64,000 bases of DNA. It comes from the human T2T-CHM13v2.0 reference genome, Homo sapiens. The stretch's first letter is position 1, and each line of letters starts with the position of its first letter. Position numbers and translations under genes: made by a program. Positions 1-13,640 of this stretch are shown piece after piece. A model generated the notes under the pieces. That model saw only the letters and a program-made list of their open reading frames with translations. It did no database searches and was not told the origin of the DNA. The DNA lies in NCBI RefSeq assembly GCF_009914755.1, contig NC_060931.1; one strand, given 5' to 3'.

Positions 1-1014
1 ATTATTTTTATAAAAAAGCAGAGCTCATCACATGTGCAAAGCAAGACAATCTTCTGAATCCACCTGAGACCCAAACCTAATTACTAGTTTATTGATCCTG
101 CTTGTACCTCTGCAGTTTATACTTAGGAGACGATTTTCAATTTAAAATGTGGATTCTACGAAAAGTTAAAGCACTGAATAAGTTCATCTTCATTTTAGAC
201 TTTATTTTCTGCCATCTGCTTGCTTATATTAACAGAATGGGAACACGTAGAAAACAAGGTGAGGCTGCATTGAATTTCAAGCAGTTCAACATCGTCATTT
301 TCAACAGATACTCACTAATATCTATATGCACACACTGTTGTGCCAAGAAAGGCAAAAAATAAGTCAAACCTATCAACTCCTACTCTTTTGGTAAAATAAT
401 GGATACAAATCAGTTGCATAAAACAACATATGTATGTAGGATTACACTTGGTCCATGGTACTAGAATTAATGATTAGTCAATGTATTTCCTAGTAATAAA
501 ATATAAATAAATAATCATCAAGGCTAAGATTAAGAGTATTTCACCTAGTGTCAGAAGGGTTACAAGTATGATTTTTTAAGTGCCAGTATTGATATAAACT
601 AAGTATTTTGATCCTGTTAAGAGCTATGCATGAAACTAAAATTAAGTAAAATTAAGAATTAAAAAGATCTAAGTTTATTTGAGAATTTCCCAATGGTTTT
701 GTTTCCCTTTTTTGTGTACTACATTCTACAAAATCTGTTACTTATCTCTTCTTTCAGAATGAGGGTCCATGGTACAATGATGAGCACTCTAAACTCTGAA
801 ACTCTATGTTGCTTTTAAAACTGTCATTGAAAAGGTGCATTTCAAAGTTCAGTTAAGTGTTAACGAATTTGTACAAGGCTTTCTGGATTCTGGATTGCAT
901 ATAATTCCAAACGCTGAGTTTTTAAGTAAACTGAAGAAACAAATATATATTAGTTATAAAATTATATTGCAGGTCAAACATCCATACTCATCCATACTCC
1001 TTTCTTGTTACTAA

Positions 1015-1342
<328 letters not shown>

Positions 1343-1924
1343 TGACATTTCCATTCTAAAAGAGTTCTTTCTCAATATATCATTCATTTATATGGTCAAA
1401 ATATCAATGAAAAAAACAAAACTGACTTTTTATAGAAAACAACAAAATGAGAAAGCACTTACTCAAATATGCATGCTTAGACAGGCTGTCACATTTTAAG
1501 AAGAGAACGTAGACCTTAGTGGAATTTGCAACCAATTATGTCCCATACCGTAAAACTAAATTTCTTCTTCACCAATAAATGGGATATTGCTTTTGGCTTA
1601 GGAGCATTTTTACAAACCTCATATGATAAATATGCTTTTCTTTCCCAAACCCCAAATTTTCATTCATAGCATATACATTTCATTATTCCCTTATTTCATG
1701 AAACAGAAAAGCTCACTTGATCAATTTTAATAAGAATAAATTTATACAGGGCATCAGGAGTTGGAGAAACTAACTCTGCATCTGCTCTGTCAACCAAATC
1801 CACCTCTATGGAATATGACCTTAAAATAAATGCCAAATATTCAAAGAGCACTTAATTTATATCACCACATCAAAATATTTTCCAAGTCTCAGTTCATATT
1901 TTCTTATAAAAAAAAATTGCAATT

Positions 1925-2267
<343 letters not shown>

Positions 2268-4529
2268 TCAGAATTATTTGGCTCAGAAACAATTTCAACT
2301 ATAATTTTGAGAAAAATCATATTTTGGAGAAGCAGTCATTCTCTTTCCTATCAATTCATTTAAAGCTATCTTTTTGCTATTTAGAAATATATATTAAGAT
2401 ATGTCCAGCTATGTTAACTAAATCAGTCTTTCACTAGGAGTTATTCAAATCACTGAGTCACCACAATATATCCAGAACCAATCTTAACAGAATTGGGAAA
2501 GGACAATTCTTAGGAATAAAAGATGATTCACACCAAATCAACTAAATTCTGTTCTGATGCTTTTATAGATATGAGTTTTACTTAAAATGAATTCTGTGCT
2601 AATAGAAAATTAGGGGAGGAAATTTAAAAAAAAAAATGAAGTTAAATGCCTTAAGTGGGTAAAATTAAAGGAGAAGAGGAAAAAGTCTCAGCTGAATTCT
2701 TTCTCCCTTAACCCAGTCTCCTGTTCCCATCCCACTTAGACTTTGTACAGGGAGATTTTGGGGTTTCAACAACAATCGGGGGAGCCACACCACTCATTCA
2801 ACAATTATTTTGGCAACCTTCTCCGTGCTACGTATTGGAGAAACGAAGATGAATAATATCTACACCCTGACCACAGGGAGCAAGTGTTCACCCTACAACT
2901 CGTCTGTGGCAAGGATCTGACCTCGTATATATGAAAAATATCTCATTATGGTTGGATGACATGACCACATAAACTAAAGCTTTCTCAGTTTTCAAAACAG
3001 TTGAGAATTAACAATTTTAGATAGTCAAGACATTGCCCGTCTGTTGATCAGTTTGAGCATATGTGTTTCTTTCTTAATCATTTCCCTGTCTTATCACTAA
3101 AAATTCCCTCAGTCCCTTCTCTAGAAAGTACAGTTATACCAGTATCATTTAATACTTTAATTAAAACTATGGCATATAAACTAATTACCATGGGAACAAA
3201 TGATAGAATAGAGTAATCTTGTTTCTCTATTATCCTTCAGCCTAAATGTCTTTATGCAAATTATTAAACAACATCATCTTGGAAGGTTTCACACTCAAAT
3301 ACACAGGTTTTCAGTGGATTTCAAGGCATTATGTGCAGTATGATAGAATAAAGTCAGCAACAGCTTCAAACTAGATTCAGGGATTAAACCTTTGGAGAGC
3401 TATTTTTCATAATTTAAGCGCCACCAGATGACAAGAACAAATTGTTTTCTTTCTGATTTTTAACCATGCAGTTTAGTTATTTATTATCTCCTTGAAACAA
3501 ATTTGCCCAAATGGTCCATGCTAATATAATACTGCTGCTTACTGAAATTTCAAACATCCCCTAGCAAGTTGAGAGATAAATTACTTTAGTCCCACATTGT
3601 CTCTTGGGAGTCAAAAATTAAATCTGAGCAAAATAGACCTTTCCATCTTAAAAATGTATATTGTGAGTGACAGCCCCTTGCATGCCACTTGCTCACAAAT
3701 GTGGGCCTCTGATGAATAGATTATGCTAAAAATCTGAGGCACACATGCAAAGCTTCCCCATGGAACTAAGATGTTGCCAGGAATAAGGCTTAAATATTGC
3801 AACTGAAAATTAAGATTTTATAGTCAACAATTAAAATATATGACACATTCAAAATTCAAATAGAGACTAACTTCCTGTCCAATTTACTAATTCTCTTTCT
3901 TGGCTATACTCAGCTCTGCACATGATTCACAGCCTGACAAGTTTTGGGCAACTGTACTGTCTGATAAAGTCACTTTTACAAAATATTGCAATCTTATTGT
4001 CATTTTTATCACTCCTGAGTTCCAAATACCAAGTCAATTGGTTAAACATTGTAGATACTCTTCATTAAAAATAAGTTATGTTAATGATTCATGCCAGCCA
4101 ACATCTACACTGTTTAGCTAAAATCATTTATAGCTCAAATTTTCTGGAAATACATTTGTAGCAATTTGACTTAGCAACCACTGCTATTTTGTCCATTATC
4201 AACTGTTGTACCTGGGATGAGTTCAACCAACAGCACTGTAACACTGTGTGAATAAAAGAACTTAGGAACATGTATGTGTGTGTATGGCTGTCTGTGGGTG
4301 TCAGTGGTGAGGGGGGATATGAATGTGAGTAAATCATTTTCAAGACAGTGCTCCAGGAAAAAAAGTATTTTTTCCTGTCATTATATTTGTTTGAAGTTTG
4401 GAAAACATGAACATATTGAGAAAGTATGTAATTTAGAAGATGAAAAGAAAAAATAAAGATGGACACAAGACCATCTAGAGATAAGTGCTACCATATAACT
4501 GAACTGAAGACGTGATAAACCTGCATTCA

Positions 4530-4625
4530 TATTATGTGACAAGAGACAATAAGATAATTGATATAAAGTGTTAAGTACAGTGCATGGCACACAATATATG
4601 CCCCGTAATTGTTAACTACTTTTTA
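4530..4625 (+). mobile_element. MIR 3' fragment
   Basis: AGATAATTGATATAAAGTGTTAAGTACAGTGCATGGCACA resembles the MIR 3' end. Confidence 0.6.
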
Positions 4626-6458
4626 TATATGAAAAATATCAGGAATATACATCCATAGAATTTATCAATTAACTTTAGTTAATACCTACTTATACATGAA
4701 GTAAATTATAATTTTATTTTCTTAGATCAGTTAGGATGCAATGTGTCTTTTAAGTGCTATCTTCAAAGATTCCACATAGCAGAGTGGAGAAGAAATAAAA
4801 TTACTAGTTGTTGTCATGCTTTTTAATCTGATAAACCAAATGAGATGATTTATAAGAAAGCCTAATGCAAATGGTAATTAATTGGAGTGGAAGGGGCTTA
4901 TACGCATCCTGTCCACCAAATGTGTTGCTGTGCTCCAGACCTGTGTGATTCTGTAACTCTCCAGTCTACATGTACACCTCCACATATCAATCATCATTCA
5001 TTACTGCCTATAAAAACTTTCACCTTGTATTAATCTAAAAGTTTGCTTGTCCATCCCAACATCCAAACTGCCCAATCTTGCTGGAGAAAATTACACACCA
5101 GTAAATCAGGAGTTTCTATGTTTTAAAAACTCTAACAAACATGTAGGGTTCTTTGGTAAAATGTTTTTCTATTCAGAAATCCTATAGCTTTTCAGAAACT
5201 GTTTATTCACCCAATCTAATCATGTGATTCTGTCTGGCTAGTAAATCACATCACCCCACTTATCTGATGACACAAATTAACAAGTACCTAAATATATTCA
5301 AAAACTGTATTCCATCTCTCTATTTCTTTGGGTGTAATAGGTCTAGGAGTAGTTACGGTCATAAAAGCTGAGCTGGTTACAGCCTGAATCCTTGAGGCTT
5401 CCTTCATCTGTTGGCTTCTTGGTGATAGGAAAAATCATTTTTTTTTCTTAAGCTAGTAAGAATTTGGTTTCCAACACAATCGATAGTACTGATACTAATA
5501 CCATACTTCCTACAATGTTTTCTTCGAATCTGATTTTCTATTACTAATAGTATTATTTGCTTAAAGTTTAATTTTTATTTGTAGCTTTACAAAAATTTCA
5601 GTGTTCTAGAAATAACTCCTAAATCTGTGTCCTAGATGCTAGCTCCTGCTGATTCATTAAGAATTCCATTTCTTCATCATCCCCTTTTTCTCCCCTGTGT
5701 ATCCATCTTTTATTTAATCACATTCAGGTAATTTGCAAAATGCAACTAAGAGAATTTGTGGAATAAAAACTCAGATGTGTTCTGGCATGAAATATTTTTT
5801 CACCTAAAATTTAAAATTCTAGCAGAAGGTTAAAAAAAACATCAAAGAAGCCAAGTTCAATGTTTCCTTAGCTCCTATATAAAGCATTTTAATATTTTTC
5901 TAACATTTCTCTAATGAACTAAAGGTCAAAAATCACCTACTGCCAACTTAATATTTTATAAGTGGTATATCAGTAATCATTACCATTTTTAAAATGATGG
6001 ATCAATTTTTTTACATCAACTCTTCACTAGCCTTTAAAATTAGTTGCATAATAAAAAATCAAATAACTCTACATTTTGATTGCATGCTTGAATATCAGAG
6101 TTTTATTTAAAAAGATTAAAGTAAAATGATTTTGCTAGCGTGGTTCAATAATGTATGGATTATAATGAAATCATAATCTGTTCCTTCTTTGAATTCTCAG
6201 CATTCTTTCATACGAATAAATAAGCATTGAGCTTTGTACACATGCTCAGCCTGATTTAGGTTAGAAACCTAAACACATGTGTTTTTTGACACCCTGATTA
6301 CTAAAGATGACCCAGTGAGTTAAATATTCTCAATGTCATTTTATGTATTGAAAAGCTAAGACTAGCAACAGTTAAACTGAGTCTTCTTATCCTCAATCAA
6401 ATACTTATACCTCCTGTGTACTGCTATTATGAATGCAGACATGACCTACATCTTAGAG

Positions 6459-7000
6459 ACAGTGAATTTTATATATATATAAAATATAAATTATATAAAT
6501 ATATAAATTATATAAAATATATAAAATAAAATAAAAAATAAAAATATATAAATTATGTAAAATATAAATTATATATAAATTGTATATAATATATAATTTA
6601 TATATTATATATTACACATTATATATTATATATTATATATGTATTATATATATTGCATATTATATATTATGTAAATTATATATAAATTACATGTATAATT
6701 TTTATATATGTTTATATTTTATATATATAAAATTCACTGTATAGATACAGAATGTGTGTATGTATGTATATTCTGTATATATACAGAATGTGTGTGTATA
6801 TATGTGCGTATATATAAAATTTTTACATATAAAATTTATATATGTAATTTATATATTTTACATATATTATAAAATTACATATAAAAATTTTATATGTAAA
6901 AATTTTATATATATGCACATACATACATACACACACATTCTGTATATATATTATACACAATTTTATATATATATACACACACATATATACCTATATGTAC
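6459..7000. repeat. AT-rich low-complexity region made of two adjacent imperfect palindromes
   Basis: 6459-6478 is the reverse complement of 6721-6740; ~6776-6855 is nearly the reverse complement of ~6865-6950. Confidence 0.9.
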
Positions 7001-7550
7001 ACCCTCTAAATAGTTTACATAATAAAATAGTTAATCTTTGAGACACATTCATTCACTTTATCCATTCTTTTAACTTTGTCTTATAATCTACATTAAAATA
7101 TAAATTTAAAATTATTATTAATTTATTTCGCTTACTGGAAGAACAACAAAAAGCTAGAAAATAATTTTGGCCTTTTGTAAGCTTGCTTCTGTTACTTTTG
7201 CCACATATCACTTTACATTTCTTCATCCGGTATTTTCCGTTGCATAATTGTAATATTTTAGTCTGCTTATTTTTTCAGTTGTCATTATGGTGCCTGTAAA
7301 TTAAAGTATCACTTCATAAGTTGTCCGGCATATTAACCAATCTACAAGCCAAAGCCATCTAAGAGGAGTGGTCACATCGAAAGATAATAGATCCATGTGT
7401 CTTTACTATGTTTAATAACCTAACTGCAAAGATACTCATGTACTACAGCCCAGAGCTGAACTATCATGCTGGTGACACAAATGGAAATACCTCCCTAGAA
7501 GAAAGAAACATTCATGACGTTCACTAAAAGGAACTGCTCATTTCTTCTAC

Positions 7551-7792
7551 ATATATATATACGTGTGTGTGTGTGTGCGTGTGTGTGTGTGTAGAAGAAA
7601 TGATATATATATATCTTTACATATACATATTTATATTTATATATATAAAGATATATATTTATATATATCTTTACATATACATATTTATATTTATATATAT
7701 AAAGATATATATAAATATATATCTTTATATATACATATTTATATTTATATATATATAAAGATATATATCTTTATATCTATATATATATCTTT
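7551..7792. repeat. (TA)n(TG)n microsatellite followed by an AT-rich 54-bp minisatellite (~3.3 copies)
   Basis: Units start at 7607, 7661 and 7715 (ATATATATCTTTACATATACATATTTATATTTATATATATAAAGATATATA...). Confidence 0.9.
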
Positions 7793-7955
7793 TACAGGTA
7801 AGAAGATTAAGCTACTACAGTTTGAGTAGAGACAATGTTCTATTGTGCATATACTCAATGCTAGCAGTGTCTGGAATGCTGTATGAAGTGCTACTGAAAG
7901 GGCTGATAAATGATTAAATGAATATGATAGGCCTATGAGCAACTATTACAAATTC

Positions 7956-8233
7956 GGCCAGGCGCCTTGACTCAGGCCTGTAATCCCAGCACTCTGGGAG
8001 GCCGAGGCGGGTAGATCACCTGAGGTCAGGAATTTGACAACAGCCTGGCCATCATGGTGAAACCCTGCCTTTACTAAAATACAAAAATTAGTTGGCCATG
8101 GTGGCACACACCTGTAATCCCAGCTACTTGGGAGGCTGAGGCAGGAGAATCACTTGATCCCAGGGGCAGAGGTTGCAGTGAGCCGAGTCAGCACCACTGC
8201 TCTCCAGCCTGGGTGATAGCAAGACTCCCATCT

Positions 8234-8266
<33 letters not shown>
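7956..8266 (+). mobile_element. Alu (AluSx-like), full length, ~32-nt A tail
   Basis: Both arms present; degenerate TSD AGCAACTATTACAAATTC / AGCAGCTATTAGAAATTC. Confidence 0.95.
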
Positions 8267-8267
<1 letters not shown>

Positions 8268-9203
8268 CAGCTATTAGAAATTCTAATAAAATAACAAGTA
8301 CACACACACATACCTGCACACATACACATAATTCATAACAGTCAAAAAAAAAGTGTAGAGCTTTACAAAAGCTCGAATAAGTTAAAAGGTAGGCTACTTT
8401 CACTCTCATAGGAAATCAAGGAGAAATTCCAAGTAGACTGATTTCAGAGTTCATTGGCTCTTGAACTTCAAAGGAGATCAATTCTTATTAAACATTAAGA
8501 GCTATATCAATTTATTTATTCATCTGATAAACTTTAATAGGAATCTGCCTGTAAGCTATTTTGGTGTTCCAAATGATATCAATAAATATATGATTTAAAC
8601 TCTATGAGAAGAGCAAAGGTAGAATATGAGAAGGTAAATATATTATTTTCCTCAGGCACCAAATCTCCCAGAAACCTCATTCCAGAACTGAACAAACACA
8701 TTCATAATGCTGTGGAACTTGCTTTAATCTCCTTTAATCTGTAATTCCAATGAATCTTTAGATATAATCATCTAAAGCATTAAAATTTAATCTTCTAAAA
8801 CATTTCATTTCTTATGTTTCTTCCTATTGACTCAGACACCCCACAGATCTTCTTGACTCATGATCCAGGTCAACAGCACTTGATCATAATATATGATGTC
8901 TTAGCAAGAGAGCTGTTAATTTGTCCAATGGTAATATTAGCCCTTCCTCTCCAGATTAATCATTATCAACTCCAGATTATTATCCTACTAAAACAAAATA
9001 TGAGGATTAACACTATGGTCAGTGAATAACTTAGTTTAAAATAATCTGTTCAAAATTGGAGCCTCAAAGAACATTAGGTTGGTAATCACTACATCAATTT
9101 CATTCATCTTTCATCGGGCTTATAGGGATATGTAGGATAGGAAATAAAGGTAGTACAGGGACATTTATTATGTGTCTATTATGAAATAAACATTCACATA
9201 TAT

Positions 9204-9390
9204 ACAGTACTCCTTGCTCATCCCCAGGAGAAACATCCAAGACGCCCCAGTAAAGGCCTGACACTGCAGATACAGATAATATTAATATGTATACAAACTT
9301 ATAAGGTTTAATTTATATATTAGGCACAGTAAGAGATTAACAACAATAATCAAATAGAATAATTAACTTTATGCTGGCATCACTATTCTG
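9204..9390 (+). mobile_element. TcMar-Tigger DNA transposon fragment (MER44/Tigger7-like)
   Basis: TA|CAGTACTCC.. start and AAGGTTTAATTTATATATTAGGCACAGTAAGAGATTAACAACAATAAT match the recalled consensus. Confidence 0.6.
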
Positions 9391-9813
9391 TGAAAGTGGT
9401 AACAGCTAAAACAAATATATCACTGTTCAGCTCGGATAGTGCATTATGTTCCTATAAGGCAATAGTCTTAAAAGCAAGGCTTGTTAAAGTAGAAAGGAGA
9501 TTTGTAAGTTTCAAAAACAGATGATTTTACATATAAGACAAAACTAAGAAGTCTAAATGATGAGGCATAGTTAGAAAAAAAAAAAAAAGTCAAGGGATGT
9601 TCCTCCCTATTAGAAAAAGGAATATTGAGAATTTCCTAAATTGAAAGAGCAAAAGAAAAGCTGAAGGAGAGAGCTAAAAGTGACATGTATATGGACTGGC
9701 TCCAGTTATAGGTAGGAAACAGTGGGAGAGCAAAGGAGGTGTGTTTGGGAGAAATTTGCCACATTTTCTACTAGGAGTCTGGAATAAAGACTTTTCATTA
9801 TTAAGTAAAATAA

Positions 9814-10186
<373 letters not shown>

Positions 10187-10546
10187 GGACACCCTTCTTA
10201 ATGCCTCTCATAGAATCTTCTTGTATTTCCCCACTCTATAAATCAGAGAGAAGAGTCACTACACATCACTGGTTTGTTGTATTGATGAAATGGGCAAGTA
10301 TCTGGGTCAAGGATCGGCTGCATTCCCTGCCTCAGTCTGTGTACTCAGCACAGCATAGTGTGATCACCTGCCTGAGCCCTGTGAGAGACTACACCTTAGC
10401 CATGTTTGAGCTCAATGCCTGGCCCATCACAGCTTAGATGTCATTAACTACTAAACAAGCCAGCCTCCCTCATAAGGTTGTTGAATCATCTGATGAATTA
10501 TCTTAATATTCCACAGACAAGATGTTCACTGACTGGTTTTTAACAC

Positions 10547-10888
10547 TGTCCTAGGTTTGGTTACCTAGAAATAGACACTGAGACTAGGATTTGAGCATCA
10601 TTTATTTGGGAGGTGATCCCAGGAGACACCAATAGGAGAGTAGAGAAGTGAGACACCAAGGCACACAAGCTGTGGTCAAGAGCAGGTAGACAACTGGGGC
10701 TGTTTCCCTAGGAACCCTGGGGAGGCTATATAGAATTTCACTCAAAACGGTCACATCCAAAGAATGAGGAGGCTCAGGTAGTATCCACCCATACCAACTG
10801 TCACTCGGAGTGTTCACTCCTGCTCATTCTGGCCACCTGAGAAAGCCCTCAAGGCCAAGATGTGCAGATGCTTAGAGGAGGAAGCTAT
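10547..10888 (-). mobile_element. ERVL-class LTR (LTR16-like) fragment
   Basis: TGTCCTAGGTTTGG...AGACACTGAGACTAGGATTTGAG...TTTATTTGGGAGGTGATCCCAGGA resembles the reverse strand of an LTR16 3' end. Confidence 0.6.
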
Positions 10889-10902
10889 AAGAGTATGTGC
10901 TT

Positions 10903-11193
10903 GGCCGGGTGCTCACACCTGTAATCCCAGCACTTTGGGAGGCCAAGGCAGGCGGATCACAAGGTCAGGAGATCGAGACCACCCTGGCTAATACGGTAAA
11001 ACCCTGTCTCTACTAAAAATACAAAAAAAAAACAAACAAACAACAAAAAAAAAAACATTAGCTGGGTGTGGTGGTAGGCGCCTGTAGTCCCAGCTACTCA
11101 GGAAGCTGAGGCAGGAGAATGGCGTGAACCCGGGAGGCGGAGCTTGCAGTCAGCCGAGATCGCGCCACTGCACTCCAGCCTGGGCTACAGAGC
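10903..11193 (+). mobile_element. Alu (AluY-like), 3'-truncated with no poly-A tail and an expanded A-rich linker
   Basis: GATCGAGACC, GGAGAATGGCGTGAACCCGGGAGGCGGAGCTTGCAG; ends at ...ACAGAGC; TSD AAGAGTATGTGC at 10889-10900 and 11194-11205. Confidence 0.93.
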
Positions 11194-11369
11194 AAGAGTA
11201 TGTGCGTGTCTCTGTGTGTGTACATGTGCGTGTGTGTGTGTGCATGTGTGTGTGCATGCACTGAGGAGATGTGGGCAGGGAACCAACAGCATCTACTATA
11301 GGCATGCAGTGAGTGTTTTAAAATGCTTACTGAGCACATGGCTAAATGCTTAAACGGCTTTAAGCATTG

Positions 11370-11480
11370 ACTAGTTAGTAATGTGGCTTCCCGAGGCTTT
11401 GGTTCCTCCCCTGTGACATAAACATTCAGTTGACAAATACGGTCTCTAGAATCCTTCCACCTTTAAGGTTTGGTGTTTCC
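11370..11480 (+). mobile_element. MIR3/MIRc-like fragment
   Basis: GGTCTCTAGAATCCTTCCACCTTTAAGGTTTGGTGTTTC resembles the MIR3/MIRc 3' end. Confidence 0.45.
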
Positions 11481-11502
11481 ACTAACTGCTTTGCTTTAGA
11501 TC

Positions 11503-11533
<31 letters not shown>

Positions 11534-13640
11534 CAAAAAAACACCCTAGTAGCTGGGTTTATCTACTTTTTTTTTCCCCCCAGTAAGCCATTATTTTGCT
11601 TCTCATGTGAGCACCCAACAGAACTTAAAGAGCCATCTCTCTTATTCTGAAAACAAAGCAAAGCTTTCCCTTAAAAAAAAAAAAAAAATTGAAATCTCTA
11701 GTACATATTTTTGTAGAAGCATGTAAAACTGTAAAAAAGAAAAACCTTTGCATCATTTTTTTTCTATCTTGAAAGGTCAAGTTAAGGTGTATTCATTTAT
11801 TCCTGAAAAGTAATGACTATGTTCCAAGGATAGATGTTTGCAATAGAAACATCCACAAACTAACCTAAATCAACCCCTTTGCACCTACCAAATACAAGCT
11901 GGCAATTTCCCCATTATGATATAAATTACCTGCTACAGATCAATTGCTGCTCTCTTTCATTAATATAATTAAATGACATTCATTTGTATTTAACTGAAGT
12001 AGAAATCAGTGTTTTTATAGGGCATAGATTACAGTTTAAATCTGTACTGCTTCTTTGTAAAAAAATTTTGTTAACAGCACAAAGAAAGGAAGGCTGTTGC
12101 AGAAGGAAAAAAAATGAAATGGCTTCACACATTAAAGAAGCACATTTGAATAATATATAATTGCTTGGAAACAAAAATTTCTAATAGCTTATGTTTCATT
12201 ACCCTAGTTTTAGTAACTGTATTTAAGTTATATTTCAAATAGCTTTTTAAATTCAAACTGTTTACTGATTCAGAGATAACCTGTCTTTAGTTAAAACATG
12301 CATAATTGTTAAAATGTTAATTTCTGAAAGCAACAATCCAAAAGATTCTCAACAAATTCAAAAGACTCTCAACATAGCCCTAGTTAAATTGTATTCTTTA
12401 TTTCATCTCTTGTCCAAATTTAAAAGAAAAAAGTAAAGGAGAGGCAAGGAAAGGGAATTCTGTGGACCATGCTTCATTCCTCAGGCATATTTTCATAGGA
12501 GTTATTTTAATTTCAAAATGCATAATTGTTTAGTAAATGCAATCTTTTCTTTTCTTTAGAGTAGTAAATGAAGATCTGTATACTTTTCCAAAAAATTACA
12601 GACAAAGTTGTACCAAGGAAAGGCTGAATCATGGCAATACAGATGCACTGAATGACAAATTTAAAAATCTACATTCTTTTCCTTGGTGCAATTCTTAGTC
12701 CATGGTTGCTAACAAATCAATCTATCCTAAGTTGTTTTGGCTTCTCATTTATCAATTAGGCAAAGAATTCCAAATTCAGAGCAGTATAAATGAAGAAATT
12801 TGGATGGTTTTTAAATAAGAAATTGAGGTAAAAAGAAGATAAACTGAATAGCTAAAGAACTAAATAAAACTACTTCAGTCATAAGAGGCTGGTGTCACTT
12901 CGGTGGAGAGCAAAAATACTGCAGAGAAGCTGAGCCAATTACAGAGTTGTCTACATTTTCAACTGTGATTCCAGATGTGTTATGGAACAAAGGAACACAT
13001 CAACATACTCATCTTTTGATCATATTAACTTCTTTCTAGCACGTAAGAAACTCAGTATGAAAAATATTTTACATTTAAAGAATCAAGCAATTTCAAAGTT
13101 AATATCCAGGTGAGAAGAATAAAGAGAATGTATTAGCACCTAATTAACCTTTACAGACACAATTCCCTCTCTACAAAACTAGAAGGAGGTATTTTTTCCT
13201 CCAACATGTTGTATATTTTTGTCCACTTTCATGGACTGTTTAGTAAAAACATAGCAGATCTAGAAACACATAAGAAGAACAAGTGAACTGAAAGCAGATC
13301 AAGTGAGATTATATCTAAGCTTTATATTCCAAAGTTAAATGTATCAAACTATATATTTACAGAGGACAAGCTAATCCTAAAAATGATTAATCAATGCTTA
13401 TAAGTATTAATATAATAATATGCCTTCCAATTACCATCATGTAAATGATATGAAAACCACATTTATATTAATATAATTCGCCTATTGTCTAGAAATTGTT
13501 TAGAGACTGCCCCCCCACCCCCCAAAAATAAATTAGATCTTAATATACAAAGTTGAGCTCAGGCTAAGAATTTTCTTAAAACCTTAAGAAAAGGTTAATA
13601 CTTGAGAAAAGGTAAAACCTTGAGAAAATATTAATACTAA

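Noticed and set aside
5341-5500. Possible old MLT1 LTR 3' end (TTTTTCTTAAGCTAGT...TTGGTTTCC...CTAATAC)
   Set aside because: Similarity too weak to call or bound by eye.
7607-7792. Regularly spaced palindromic units reminiscent of a CRISPR array
   Set aside because: Eukaryotic DNA, no unique spacers and no cas genes; it is a tandem minisatellite.
7785-7805. TTTTACAG|GTAAGA, a perfect recursive-splice-like motif
   Set aside because: It is on the + strand, antisense to CACNA2D1, and abuts a TA repeat rather than a real pyrimidine tract.
6754-7942. Tyr/Ile-rich ORFs
   Set aside because: Artefacts of TA/TG low-complexity repeats.
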